Source of the DNA: Macrostomum hystrix
Lineage: Eukaryota; Animalia; Platyhelminthes
Direction: 5' to 3'
Assembly (NCBI GenBank): GCA_950097015.1
Contig: CATNEN010000029.1
Location: 5,270,001-5,334,000 of the forward strand
DNA length: 64,000 nucleotides
The notes under the pieces were generated by a model. The model made no database searches, was not told the DNA's origin, and worked only from the letters and a program-made list of their open reading frames with translations. This document shows positions 12,997 through 25,072 of the stretch, in pieces. Both the position numbers and the translations under genes were made by a program. The stretch's first letter is position 1. Each line of letters starts with the position of its first letter.

Positions 12997-13914
12997 TCAG
13001 AGTTCATCCGCGTCATGCAACAGCATCGACTGCTGCCGTTGCCACAGTCGCCGGCAGTCATCGCCGCTGAGCCGGACCGCGCAAGAAAATCCGTGACTCA
13101 CGAGCTCCTGGCGGAGCCCGCTGCCGCCGCTGGAGCTGTTTGAAGAGCGCGAGAGCTCCAGGCGACCGCGATAGCGCCAAGCACCGGCCGCCGTGCCGCA
13201 ATAGCTCAACATGAGCCGCTCGCCCCTGTCCTGCTCAGTAAGCCAGCTCAGCCGCCAGGCCTCCGTCACAGCCTGGCCAACCTTCGTCAGGCTGAGCAGC
13301 AGGGTGCCGTTCTCCGGCCAGACCGCCGCCACCTGCCGTCGCAATTTCACTGGCGAGCCTTCGAATATGAAGCCGCCAACGACGAAGCCGGCGTCACCGT
13401 CTAGTAGCTCGCCGCGGCACGGATGACAGTCGTGAAACGGATGTCCGCCACGGACTGCGAACCAGAGCCCGCTGACTTCGGACAGAGCAGCGGGCGGGCC
13501 CCAGGCCTGCAGCTGGTCCGGGCGACAGTCATCCTCAGAGCCGCCGTCATCCTCGGCACTGGCTGACGCTGGCGCCCTCAGCTGGACGCAGTTGTGCTCG
13601 GTGACTGCGCAGTTGAGAAACTCGGTGAGCAGTCGCACAGCCTTGCACCGGTACAAGCAGGCGGCGGAGCAGGTGTCACCGGAGTCCACGCAGGAGTGCA
13701 GGCAGGTGAGGCAGGCCCGACAGTCGGCGTTGACGGCGCATGAGTAGGACTGGCCAGGACAGCTGTAGGCGATGCACCAGGCGTCCAAGGAGTGACCGGC
13801 GGCGGCGGTGGCAGAGCGCAGCGCATCCAAGGCAGCAGCGGAGGCGAGCTGCGGCTGTGCGCCCAGATGGACCAGGAGTGCCACTAGTAGCAGATTAATT
13901 ACCTGACGATGCAT
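12997..13914 (-). CDS. Secreted violaxanthin de-epoxidase (VDE)-family lipocalin-domain protein, 305 aa, intronless
   Basis: Signal peptide, then a Cys-rich domain with VDE spacing (C-x4-C-x6-C-x5-C-x5-C-x3-C...C-x3-C-x15-C-x6-C; EFLNCAVTEHNCV vs plant VDE EFNECAVSRKKCV). Lipocalin motif SGLWFAVRGGHPFHDCHPC vs NGKWYITSGLNPTFDAFDC; C-terminal W...YCG..GAW.Y.G...SR vs WY...YRG.NDAWDGYGG...TR. Confidence 0.8.
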   Translation of the reverse strand: MHRQVINLLLVALLVHLGAQPQLASAAALDALRSATAAAGHSLDAWCIAYSCPGQSYSCAVNADCRACLTCLHSCVDSGDTCSAACLYRCKAVRLLTEFLNCAVTEHNCVQLRAPASASAEDDGGSEDDCRPDQLQAWGPPAALSEVSGLWFAVRGGHPFHDCHPCRGELLDGDAGFVVGGFIFEGSPVKLRRQVAAVWPENGTLLLSLTKVGQAVTEAWRLSWLTEQDRGERLMLSYCGTAAGAWRYRGRLELSRSSNSSSGGSGLRQELVSHGFSCAVRLSGDDCRRLWQRQQSMLLHDADEL

Positions 13915-14334
13915 GTTTCTTATTTGAGGCCAATTAAGTCACATTGCATGTGGACATAATTATATGCAGAATTGAGACTGCGGTCTAAAGTGTCTCATTG
14001 GCTTGTCAGTTCTATCTAAATGTGCTCATTATCTAATACTTTAGCTATTAAACAAATGGACGGAAGCTCCTATCCCACCTGACATTCGACTGTATGTGTG
14101 AGCCGCAGAAAGTGTACCAAAAATGCAGCTCTCACTTTCTGCTTCAAATTCTTCGAGATTGAGGTAAAACGAGATAGCCCGCCAGAGTCACCTGAAGGTG
14201 CGGGACACAGCGGACTTTGCTCCGTAACTGCACACTTTTTGCAGCGCCTGTAACGTTAAGCACCGCCATTATACGAGTGAAGCCAAAGTAATAGCAGAGA
14301 ATCGTACCTTTAGTCAAAGGATAGCAGACAATGA

Positions 14335-17300
14335 CAGCTCAAATCAAGAAATAATGGTTGGAAATGACAGCTTAAATCAAGGAAATGACGGCTCAAATCA
14401 AAGAATGGCAGGAAATGGCGTCTAAGATCAAGGAATGACAGAAAATCGCGGTTAAAATCAAAGAATGGCAGGAAATGGCGTCTAAGATCCAGGAATGACA
14501 GAAAATCACGGTTAAAATCAAAGAATGACATGAAATGCCGTCTAAGATCAAATAATGACAGGAAATGCCGTCTAAGATCAAAGAATGACAGGAAATGGCG
14601 TCTAAGATCAAAGAATGACAGGAAATGCCGTCTAAGATCAAGGAATGACAGGAAATGCCGTCTAAGATCAAATAATGACAGGAAATGCCGTCTAAGATCA
14701 AAGAATGACAGGAAATGCCGTCTAAGATCAAGGAATGACAGGAAATGCCGGTTAAAATCAAGGAATGACAGGAAATGCCGGTTAAAATCAAGGAATGACA
14801 GGAAATGCCGGTTAAAATCAAAGAATGACAGGAAATGCCGGTTAAAATCAAGGAATGACAGGAAATGCCGGTTAAAATCAAGGAATGACAGGAAATGCCG
14901 GATAAAATCAAGGAATGACAGGAAATGCCGTCTAAGATCAAAGAATGACAGGAAATGCCGGTTAAAATCAAGGAATGACAGGAAATGCCGGTTAAAATCA
15001 AGGAATGACAGGAAATGCCGTCTAAGATCAAAGAATGACAGGAAATGCCGTCTAAGATCAAAGAATGACAGGAAATGACGGTTAAAATCAAAGAATGACA
15101 GGAAATGCCGTCTAAGATCAAGGAATGACAGGAAATGATGGTTAAAATCAAAGAATGACAGGAAATGATGGTTAAAATCAAAGAATGACAGGAAATGCCG
15201 TCTAAGATCAAAGAATGACAGGAAATGATGGTTAAAATCAAAGAATGACAGGAAATGACGGTTAAAATCAAAGAATGACAGGAAATGCCGTCTAAGATCA
15301 AGGAATGACAGGAAATGATGGTTAAAATCAAAGAATGACAGGAAATGACGGTTAAAATCAAAGAATGACAGGAAATGCCGTCTAAGATCAAGGAATGACA
15401 GGAAATGATGGTTAAAATCAAAGAATGACAGGAAATGCCGTCTAAGATCAAGGAATGACAGGAAATGATGGTTAAAATCAAAGAATGACAGGAAATGCCG
15501 TCTAAGATCAAAGAATGACAGGAAATGCCGTCTAAGATCAAGGAATGACAGGAAATACCGTCTAAGATCAAATAATGACAGGAAATGCCGTCTAAGATCA
15601 AAGAATGACAGGAAATGCCGTCTAAGATCAAGGAATGACAGGAAATGCCGGTTAAAATCAAGGAATGACAGGAAATGCCGGTTAAAATCAAGGAATGACA
15701 GGAAATGCCGGTTAAAATCAAAGAATGACAGGAAATGCCGGTTAAAATCAAGGAATGACAGGAAATGCCGGTTAAAATCAAGGAATGACAGGAAATGCCG
15801 GTTAAAATCAAGGAATGACAGGAAATGCCGTCTAAGATCAAAGAATGACAGGAAATGCCGGTTAAAATCAAGGAATGACAGGAAATGCCGGTTAAAATCA
15901 AGGAATGACAGGAAATGCCGTCTAAGATCAAAGAATGACAGGAAATGCCGTCTAAGATCAAAGAATGACAGGAAATGACGGTTAAAATCAAAGAATGACA
16001 GGAAATGCCGTCTAAGATCAAGGAATGACAGGAAATGATGGTTAAAATCAAAGAATGACAGGAAACGCCGTCTAAGATCAAAGAATGACAGGAAATGCCG
16101 TCTAAGATCAAGGAATGACAGGAAATACCGTCTAAGATCAAATAATGACAGGAAATGCCGTCTAAGATCAAGGAATGGCAGGAAATGATGGTTAAAATCA
16201 AAGAATGACAGGAAATGATGATTAAAATCAAAGAATGACAGGAAATGCCGTCTAAGATCAAAGAATGACAGGAAATGATGGTTAAAATCAAAGAATGACA
16301 GGAAATGACGGTTAAAATCAAAGAATGACAGGAAATGCCGTCTAAGATCAAGGAATGACAGGAAATGATGGTTAAAATCAAAGAATGACAGGAAATGACG
16401 GTTAAAATCAAAGAATGACAGGAAATGCCGTCTAAGATCAAGGAATGACAGGAAATGATGGTTAAAATCAAAGAATGACAGGAAATGCCGTCTAAGATCA
16501 AAGAATGACAGGAAATGCCGTCTAAGATCAAGGAATGACAGGAAATACCGTCTAAGATCAAATAATGACAGGAAATGCCGTCTAAGATCAAAGAATGACA
16601 GGAAATGCCGTCTAAGATCAAGGAATGACAGGAAATGCCGGTTAAAATCAAGGAATGACAGGAAATGCCGGTTAAAATCAAGGAATGACAGGAAATGCCG
16701 GTTAAAATCAAAGAATGACAGGAAATGCCGGTTAAAATCAAGGAATGACAGGAAATGCCGGTTAAAATCAAGGAATGACAGGAAATGCCGGTTAAAATCA
16801 AGGAATGACAGGAAATGCCGTCTAAGATCAAAGAATGACAGGAAATGACGGTTAAAATCAAAGAATGACAGGAAATGCCGTCTAAGATCAAGGAATGACA
16901 GGAAATGATGGTTAAAATCAAAGAATGACAGGAAATGACGGTTAAAATCAAAGAATGACAGGAAATGCCGTCTAAGATCAAGGAATGACAGGAAATGACG
17001 GTTAAAATCAAAGAATGACAGGAAATGCCGTCTAAGATCAAAGAATGACAGGAAATGCCGTCTAAGATCAAGGAATGACAGGAAATACCGTCTAAGATCA
17101 AATAATGACAGGAAATGCCGTCTAAGATCAAGGAATGACAGGAAATGCCGGTTAAAATCAAGGAATGACAGGAAATGCCGGTTAAAATCAAGGAATGACA
17201 GGAAATGCCGGTTAAAATCAAAGAATGACAGGAAATGCCGGTTAAAATCAAGGAATGACAGGAAATGCCGGTTAAAATCAAGGAATGACAGGAAATGCCG

Positions 17301-17740
17301 GTTAAAATCAAGGAATGACAGGAAATGCCGGTTAAAATCAAAGAATGACAGGAAATGCCGTCTAAGATCAAAGAATGACAGGAAATGACGGTTAAAATCA
17401 AAGAATGACAGGAAATGCCGTCTAAGATCAAGGAATGACAGGAAATGATGGTTAAAATCAAAGAATGACAGGAAATGACGGTTAAAATCAAAGAATGACA
17501 GGAAATGCCGTCTAAGATCAAAGAATGACAGGAAATGACGGTTAAAATCAAAGAATGACAGGAAATGCCGTCTAAGATCAAAGAATGACAGGAAATGCCG
17601 TCTAAGATCAAGGAATGACAGGAAATACCGTCTAAGATCAAATAATGACAGGAAATGCCGTCTAAGATCAAGGAATGGCAGGAAATGATGGTTAAAATCA
17701 AAGAATGACAGGAAATGACGACTGAACTCAAAGAATGACA
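14335..17740. repeat. 30-bp satellite AAGAATGACAGGAAATGCCGTCTAAGATCA (~113 copies; two main variants TCTAAGATCA / GTTAAAATCA)
   Basis: Direct tandem repeats with recurring multi-unit blocks. Confidence 0.97.
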
Positions 17741-18597
17741 GCGAAAAATAACAAGACATATACAAGAGCATTCAGCAATAGTTTTACCCAAGACTGCGGT
17801 AAAAATGTGGAAAAGAAAAAAGACAAAATAAAACATCCAAACCTAACGCTGTATAATGTATTTATGTATATAATTATATATGTAGGTATATATGCTTGAG
17901 AAAAGCACGGGTTAAGGGGTGGGCATGTGCAGCGGGCTTGCAAAATAGAATGATGCTCATACTACTGAATATAGTAGTCATGAGGAGCAAGATTGATAAA
18001 TAAATAAACAAAAAGTTTAAGCGGTATTTAGCACAAAAAGCAACTGTTATTTTTGAATTCGGATAAACTAAAAAAACTGTAAAACTGAGGGGAAAAACAC
18101 ACACACATGCGGAATACGCGCACGGCCTGGACACAACTGTCGCAGCTGTTGTAGAAAAAGACAAGATAAATAATAAAACAGGCTACTCGGCAGAAGTTTT
18201 TTGGTCTAGTCAGAATCACTTCCCAGTCCATGCTATATTAGCAGTTCGAACTAGTGACCCAATAAATCACTGTCTTAAAAATGTTAGGCTTTTAAACGCC
18301 TATTACTGTTAGTAAGTAGCAAAACATTTTCAACAAACACACAATATAGACAAATAATACCAAATTGAATTTTGATTTAGCATGCACGCAAGCGATAGTG
18401 GCAAACGAATGAGAGAAAAAACAACAATGCACAGGACACAGATAACAATGATTTTGTAGTGGCTAGCTCACATTAGTTTGTTCAGACTTTTGCATGATTG
18501 GCACTGAACTAGTGTCACTGAGAATGATACAGATTTAACTTTTTTTTCTAATTTTCAAGCTCTGATTTTGTTCTGTAAATCAGATGTCTGAACTTTC

Positions 18598-19106
18598 CGA
18601 GTCCACGGACTACTGTGGATAACTGCCCTTCCTCAGTCCACGGGCTACTGTGAATGGCTGCTCTTTCCCAGTCCACGGACAACGGTGGATGGCAGCTGTA
18701 ACCCAGACCACGGACAACTATGGATGGCTGCTCTAACCCAGTCCACGGACTACTGTGGATGGCTGCTCTAACCCAGTCCACGGACTACTGTGGATGGCTG
18801 CTCTAACCCAGTCCACGGACTGTTGTGGATGGCTGCCCTTTCAAAGTCCACGGACTACTATGGATGGCTGCTTTAACCCAGTCCACGGACTACTGTGGAT
18901 GGCTGCTCTAACCCAGTCCACGGACTACTGTGGATGGCTGCTCTAACCCAGTCCACGGACTGTTGTGGATGGCTGCCCTTTCAAAGTCCACGGACTACTA
19001 TGGATGGCTGCTTTAACCCAGTCCACGGACTACTGTGGATGGCTGCTCTAACCCAGTCCACGGACTACTGTGGATGGCTGCTCTAACCCAGTCCACGGAC
19101 TGTTGT
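18598..19106. repeat. 35-bp minisatellite AACCCAGTCCACGGACTACTGTGGATGGCTGCTCT with a 140-bp (4-unit) higher-order repeat
   Basis: ORFs with the same N-terminal sequence recur at 18755, 18895 and 19035 (140-bp spacing). Confidence 0.95.
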
Positions 19107-19343
19107 GGATGTAGTCTAGTGGTTAGAGCGGCGGACTCACGAACTAAAGGTCAGGGGTTCGATTCAAAACTACGCATTAACAATTTTTTACTTTTAGCAG
19201 CTAACTCTGCATTGCTTCACTTAACCCAGGTATTGAGAGTATGTGGAACGCCCAGTCCATGGACTGAACAGTCGTACGCAGCCTTCACATGTGCAGCACT
19301 ATAGCTGCGGCTGTGCTGTCGGCTGCATATATGATCCGATCGG
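19107..19343 (+). mobile_element. SINE family B (tRNA head + CORE-like domain), copy 1
   Basis: A box TAGTCTAGTGG, B box GGTTCGATTC, TAACTCTGCATTGCTTCA..ACCCAG core remnant, and a 3' part shared with 33047, 44596 and 48130. Confidence 0.85.
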
Positions 19344-19476
19344 GCATTTTATTTATATTTTTTAATTACTATTATAATAACTGATCAGAAGGAACACAAT
19401 AAAAAGCTGTAACGTTTTTATTAACAAGATTTTCTCTTCCATTTATTAAATTTATAGCCTAGGTTATTGAAATGAC

Positions 19477-19824
19477 TCAGGAAGTGGCGCCGGATAATTC
19501 AACAGTCGGCTGAATGTCGCTCAGTTCAACAGTGTTGGCATCCGCGCCGGCATCGCCAGCGTCGCCAATTTCAGCAGCAACCGCAGCCGCGTTGTCGTGC
19601 GATGCGCCGCCGCTATCAGCGAAAATAACTGAGACAGCTCCATCGGCAAAGGACTCCTGCTGCTGTTGTGGCTGCTGCTGCGGCGGCGGTTGCAGCGAAA
19701 ATGGTGGCGGATTTTCGCAAATAAACTCGGAAACTGAAGAGGCGGCCGACAATCTCTCCATATAAGGCAGTAGATCGCGCAGCTCAGTGTCCAACTGATC
19801 TCCAACCCAGGTGCGCACTCGAAT
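19477..19824 (-). CDS. CTDSP: CTD small phosphatase (SCP/NIF family), exon 5 (last)
   Basis: CAG acceptor then IRVRTWVGDQLDTELRDLLPYMERLS, like [26 protein letters not shown]; low-complexity polyQ/Ala tail; stop at 19477. Confidence 0.9.
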   Translation of the reverse strand: MRVRTWVGDQLDTELRDLLPYMERLSAASSVSEFICENPPPFSLQPPPQQQPQQQQESFADGAVSVIFADSGGASHDNAAAVAAEIGDAGDAGADANTVELSDIQPTVELSGATS

Positions 19825-19950
19825 CTGCATTGGTTAGGAGCCGAAATCGGGTCACTGTTCACCTACTTTTACAGTCTGCTGATGGCATGCTATTCTAGGC
19901 ATATTTGGAGACGTACGCATTCATAACCATCAATTTCAAGCTAAACTCAC

Positions 19951-20136
19951 AGCGTTCTCCGTGTTAAACATGTAGGAAGCCGGTGAGTTGTCAATAATAA
20001 CACACCGATCTACAGGCCGGCCCAACTGGGCCAGGTCTTTTACAAAATTGTCACCGTGAAAGACGCACGATTCGCGGAATAGGCGATATTTGAAGGCCGA
20101 CCACCGGTCTAGACGGTCAGATACCGGATCAGCGTA
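19951..20136 (-). CDS. CTDSP: CTD small phosphatase, exon 4
   Basis: [62 protein letters not shown]; cag / gtgagt boundaries, phase 0. Confidence 0.95.
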
Positions 20137-20270
20137 CTGTGGGATGGTTAGGGATTATAACTGAGGATCTGGGAGGGTTCCGTGTGAGAATCTGAGGATT
20201 TGAGAGTGTCAGATCACAAAGATACCAACTAGTATCACTGGGTAGAAGCAGTGGTCAGAGCAGTTCTTAC

Positions 20271-20420
20271 CTTGGCCAGGCTAGCGGTGAACAGCACGCA
20301 TTCAAATAGCTGGCCCATTCGCTCCAGGAACTCATCAGTGAAAGGACGCTTGAGCACATAGACCTGGTGCACCAAGCCTTCGATTTCAACGTCAATGATG
20401 AAATCTGGATCGTCAACGTA
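20271..20420 (-). CDS. CTDSP: CTD small phosphatase, exon 3
   Basis: [50 protein letters not shown]; cag / gtaaga boundaries. Confidence 0.95.
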
Positions 20421-20949
20421 CTGAAGTGATGCAGATGCGAATTGTGTTAATAAAGAGCGAAGCGTAACTATGAAGTTCCATTATAAAATGGCCAATGCTA
20501 AACGCATGCTGAAGGTCCCGAAGCTTGGATTGATCCGCTAAAGTTATTTGGGGTGTAGCGGCGGAGGTGTAGCGGCGGACTTGGGGACTTGTCGTGCAAT
20601 TTAAGCCTTTTTTACCTATTTTACGCCCGAGTACACTGTCACTAAATAAAGTACCAATGCCCCACAGCCCGGGGGCGAGTGGGTCAGCGGCTAACGTCGC
20701 TGCCTCGCACTCCAAAGGACGCTAGTTCGATTCACCCTTCAAGTCACGATTAATTTCGGGACTTGTTGGGGGGGTTTGGACAGTAGCGACCGGCGGAGGT
20801 GCACCATATTTCGTGCAATCAAAGCTTGAAATAATAGCTTCGCTCCTGCCTTCTGTGTGCCTGCTTGTTTGTGTTTGTGTTTGTGCGTTGGGCCGGGTGT
20901 GAGGCGTTGTATGGGGGGTGGGGCGGGTGTGCACCAGCCATGCGTGCTC

Positions 20950-21254
20950 TGAGCGGCGAGGTTTCACCAGCCGTCTGCGCGCGTGGCTTGGTCCTCTCGT
21001 CCCTACCCTTAAGGCATATAAGTCCTCCCCTGGTTTGGTCAGCTCTGTGCGTGTGCGGGCCTGGGGGTGAGAGGCACTCCGGCTGCCGCCCCCTTCCCCG
21101 CTTGGCTTGCGGCTGTGTATGAGGTGCCTGTGTTCAGGGGTCTAGATGGCGCGATGGGCGACTCCCGCCTAGTTCGCCGGCCTGGGGGCATGCCGTTCCT
21201 GCGCTTGTGCGTCAAGTGCCCCAGGCCCCCCTGCAATTAAGTAAAGTAAGTAAG
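20950..21254 (+). mobile_element. Possible 3' end of a non-LTR element with a (GTAA)n tail, intronic
   Basis: GC-rich non-coding block ending TAAGTAAAGTAAGTAAG inside an AT-rich intron; no coding homology seen. Confidence 0.3.
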
Positions 21255-21338
21255 CCCCACAGCCCTGCACTTAGATCGTATTGTTATTATTTTGGGCACA
21301 CTAATCCACCTATACTAAATTAAGCCCTAAACTCGGAC

Positions 21339-21703
21339 CTTAAATGAGCTGTGCACTAGAGTCTCATCCAGATCGATCACTGCACAAATGCGGTCTCCCA
21401 AGTTAGGATCTCGCGGACCCAGTAGATCAATGGAGAAAGTCTGGCCGCCATTGTGATGATAACGATGGTGCTGCAGGTGTTGCTGCTGCTGCTGCTGCCG
21501 CTGATTGCGCCTAGCAGAGGTGCGCCGGTCCGGGCAGAAACAGCAGAACAGTTCACGAAGTAAGCGGGGTTTGGATCTTTCGCGTGCGGGTGTCACAGCT
21601 GTTACTGTTGCTGGTGCTGTTGCTGGCGCAGCTGTTTGTGGCTTTGTTGAGTCCTCCTGGGCATTTGAACTGCCTTCCTCACTGAGTGCCACCGTGGAAT
21701 CTC
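21339..21703 (-). CDS. CTDSP: CTD small phosphatase, exon 2 (contains catalytic DLDET)
   Basis: LLRELFCCFC motif and ICAVIDLDETLVHSSFK (DxDxT). Acceptor ttcatag is phase 1; donor AAG/gtccga. Confidence 0.93.
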
Positions 21704-22139
21704 CTATGAATTTATATTTTAGTACTACTTTGTCGTTTAGGAAAATAAAAAAGTCATTTATCTAGCAATAAATGTCAACAATGGTGTTAATTACAATGTA
21801 AATTCTATTTCTTGAAGGAAAGAAAAGTTTTTTACAATTAAATAATATTTGTATCAAGACTAAATTTTTAGGATTAAAAGGGTTCTACTACCAATAACAT
21901 AGTAATTTCACTGATATCACCAAAGCTATTGTATGCTGGATTCTTTTATATTACACATCACTTTTTATGCAATTATTAAGAAATATGTATATGTTAACAT
22001 TTTTGTTTTAAGCTTTTAGATTTTTTAAGTAACATTGTAGCAATAAAATCTGGCTGAATAGTTTATTCAGGCTTTACAGATTATATATTTGAGAGCCAGT
22101 ATATATTTCACGTCTCAGGTCGTGGAATATAGCTGCGAC

Positions 22140-23420
22140 CTGCCAGCGGGCCTAGCAGTGACATGCAGAACATTACAGTACAGCCAGCCCATCCCACCAA
22201 GGTAGGGTTAGAGTGCCGCGCCCACAAGCTGCGGCAGCCAACGGCAGCAAGAACAGAACCCCCAGGGGCCAATGGCGTTAGTCAAGGCTGCGCAGCAGGG
22301 ACGACCACTCTGGAAAGTGGACCTGAGGGTTTTAGTGGTTCAAGGAGGCGAGCTGGAGGCCGAGGAAACAGAAGTGGCGCTGGCAGCTTACAAGGAGAGA
22401 GAGCAGGCCTACATGGAGAGTGTCATCCAGGCAGTGGCAACGGCCGGGCACGATGTGACGCACCGCACCGTGTGGAGCACTGTCAACGAATTGACAGGGA
22501 ACAGCGCCGTGCTGTCGTTAACCTGCCTGGCAACACTGCAGACGAGCGCCGTAATGAGCTGCGGGATTTCTTCTGGGACATCGTAAATGCCCCGCAACCT
22601 CCCCACGTTGAAGCGATGTCGTTTCCACATGACGTGGCTCTGCCGTAGGAGGAGGAAGGAGGACTCCAGGAGAAAAGGCGACAGGTCCAAACAAGATTAC
22701 CGTCGAGGCACTTCGGGTTCAGCAGGTGGCCAAGGCCTTTATAAATCAGGTGCTTGGCGCAGGCGTCACCCCAGTCGAACGGACAACATCGCACATGGTT
22801 CGAAGCCCGAAACAACAAAGAATGAGGAGCACCGCGGTATATCCCTGATGTCCGGCACCGCGAAACTTTTAAATAAGATCCTGCTGATGCGGCTGCAGCC
22901 TGTGCTTGAACCGCTACTGTGTCATGAGCAGAACGGCTTCCAGCCACGTCAGGGAACTACGAACCCGATCCTGGCCGGGTCATTGTATACGCAGCTATGG
23001 CGCTCTACGACGACACCATGTCTGCCGTGGTGAGTGGTGACGCCCGAAGGCCTATCGGACCCTTTCAGCACAAACAGACGCTGCTCAGACGAACAAGCAG
23101 CCGTCACCCTGAGAAGCACCTGTCCCTGCTGGACTACACGGACGACATGGCGCAGCTGTCATCTACAGTGGAAGGAGCGTAGAGAATGCTGAACAGGCTG
23201 ATGGAAGTGGTCGCAACAGTTGGGCTGATGTCAACATCAGCAAGACGGAAGTGCTAACATGTCTGCAGAGCTCCCAGCTGTTGTATCACCTGCCAAGCTG
23301 CCAACAGGCAAACAGCCATCCTAACTCGCTGCACAGGCTTCACCTACCTCGATAGCATGGTGCCAAATGCACAAGACGACCTTGTATGATGTTGGAGCCT
23401 TGCATGAGCAGCACTGGAGT
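22140..23420 (+). mobile_element. Decayed RTE-like non-LTR retrotransposon (RT fragments, frameshifts, internal deletions) in CTDSP intron 1
   Basis: HRGISLMSGTAKLLNKILLMRLQPVLEPLLCHEQNGFQP (like YRGISLLS...QNGFRPGRS); LDYTDDMAQL (YADD); RMLNRLMEVVATVGL. Confidence 0.85.
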
Positions 23421-25072
23421 CCATTCGCGAGATAATGAGATAATAAACTGATTTCACAGCAAGCCATAGTTATGAAGGTGGCCTTTGCCACAGAAAATTC
23501 CAGTGCAAAAAAATGTGCTAGGGCACACAACTACAATGCACACTGAGGTCTGCACAGTCATAGTGCAGCATTTAGTGCTGCATGTGTTTGACAAAATGCT
23601 TCAGGGTTATTCCATGAGAGCAATGGTCGTTTTTGATGCATTTAAAAAAAGCAAACCAGCATATCTCTGAAAAAAACTTTGTAGTCTAGCTGTTTTATTT
23701 ACAAATAGTATATAAGGACTTACATTGGAAAATTTTCATATCTAATGGTTCATTTTTGGGGTTGTGAGACACATTGGAATGTTAGTAATGGTCATATTTG
23801 GTGTTTTGGAAGGAATCATGTTTTAAAGATTGAAAGTTTTTTTTCTTGCAAAGTAAGTGTATTGTTGCTATTGTTAGTACTTTTATTTGCAAAAGAGTTG
23901 TTATTCTTAAGATTGGGATGTAAAAACATATCATAAAAATATATATTGTATGAAAATTGAATTGAATTAAAAGATACATTATTTTAAATAAAAAATTCTG
24001 ATGTTTTTAATAATCTTTCAAATACTATGACATTATTGTTTCTTTATTAGTTTTTAAAACGATTAGTAAAAAATTTTAACAACATTTTTTATTATGTACT
24101 TTTGACTAAGATTGTATGTGGTTGTTTTCCAATTAAATGACCATAAATGTAGTTATTTATAGAGCATGAAAAAGCTTTCAAATGACATAATTCATGATAG
24201 TTCACTCCTTCAAATAAGATTAAACTACTCACTCAAATTGTAAAACCAAACATCAAATTCTCTGTTTGGTTTGAAGATACATGAAAATCATTGTTCGGTT
24301 TTAGATGAAAAACACAAATAATTTTTTTTCTATTTGACTAAATAGCAAAAGCAGAAACTTTTTAGAAAGATATAACTGTTTTCTATAACTTGGCTTTTGA
24401 TTTATCATTATATCTTAAATAGAAAATCTGTAGCTTAGGTTTGAAATAAAAAAACACACATTCTTGTTTGGTTGATGATACATTACCCTATCTAATTGTT
24501 TTATTAAAAAATTGTTTATTGTTTGTTTATTTAAGCTATTTCAAAACCTTTTTATTTATCTATATAGTATTACTTTGGTTATACATACCTTTTTGTGAAA
24601 ATGTGCCTGATAAGTTTAAATATGACATTTTCACTATTTTTTGTTTTGACTAAGCAGGAGGGGCCGTTTCTAAATTCCATCTTTGTATTTTATATTACCT
24701 GTTTACATGTCTTCCCACTAAGAAAAAACTCCTAAAAGAACTAGATAAGCATTGTATTCATTATATTATAAGATAAACAGCTAAAATATATCATCCATCA
24801 TGTTCTTCATATTTCAATCTGTCTGTTAGTTTCACTACATTACCATTGTTTATCACATATCAATTACTTTAAAGCATATTGCCTTTGTGTTTAATGAATA
24901 ATTAGTATAGCAGACAGTCAATAAATGTGATTATTAACTTCTACAAAAATATTTTTTGTAGACTAGCTAATTCAAGACTAAAACAACATACAACTTTAAT
25001 TTAGGCTTAACACATTAGACAACTATTTTCAGTTAACAGTCACTGAGCTAGTTAAAGTTTTAAACCACTTAC

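Noticed and set aside
14310-17771. 1153-aa FDLRRHFLSF-repeat ORF and the plus-strand KNDRKCRLRS ORF
   Set aside because: Frame artefacts of a 30-bp unit; the plus frame is interrupted by TGA variants.
18598-19106. Palindromic ~35-bp repeats resembling CRISPR
   Set aside because: No unique spacers, no cas genes, eukaryotic context.
21327-21692. GTG-initiated MALSEEG as the CTDSP start
   Set aside because: A phase-matched acceptor at 21703 and a conserved upstream exon explain it better.
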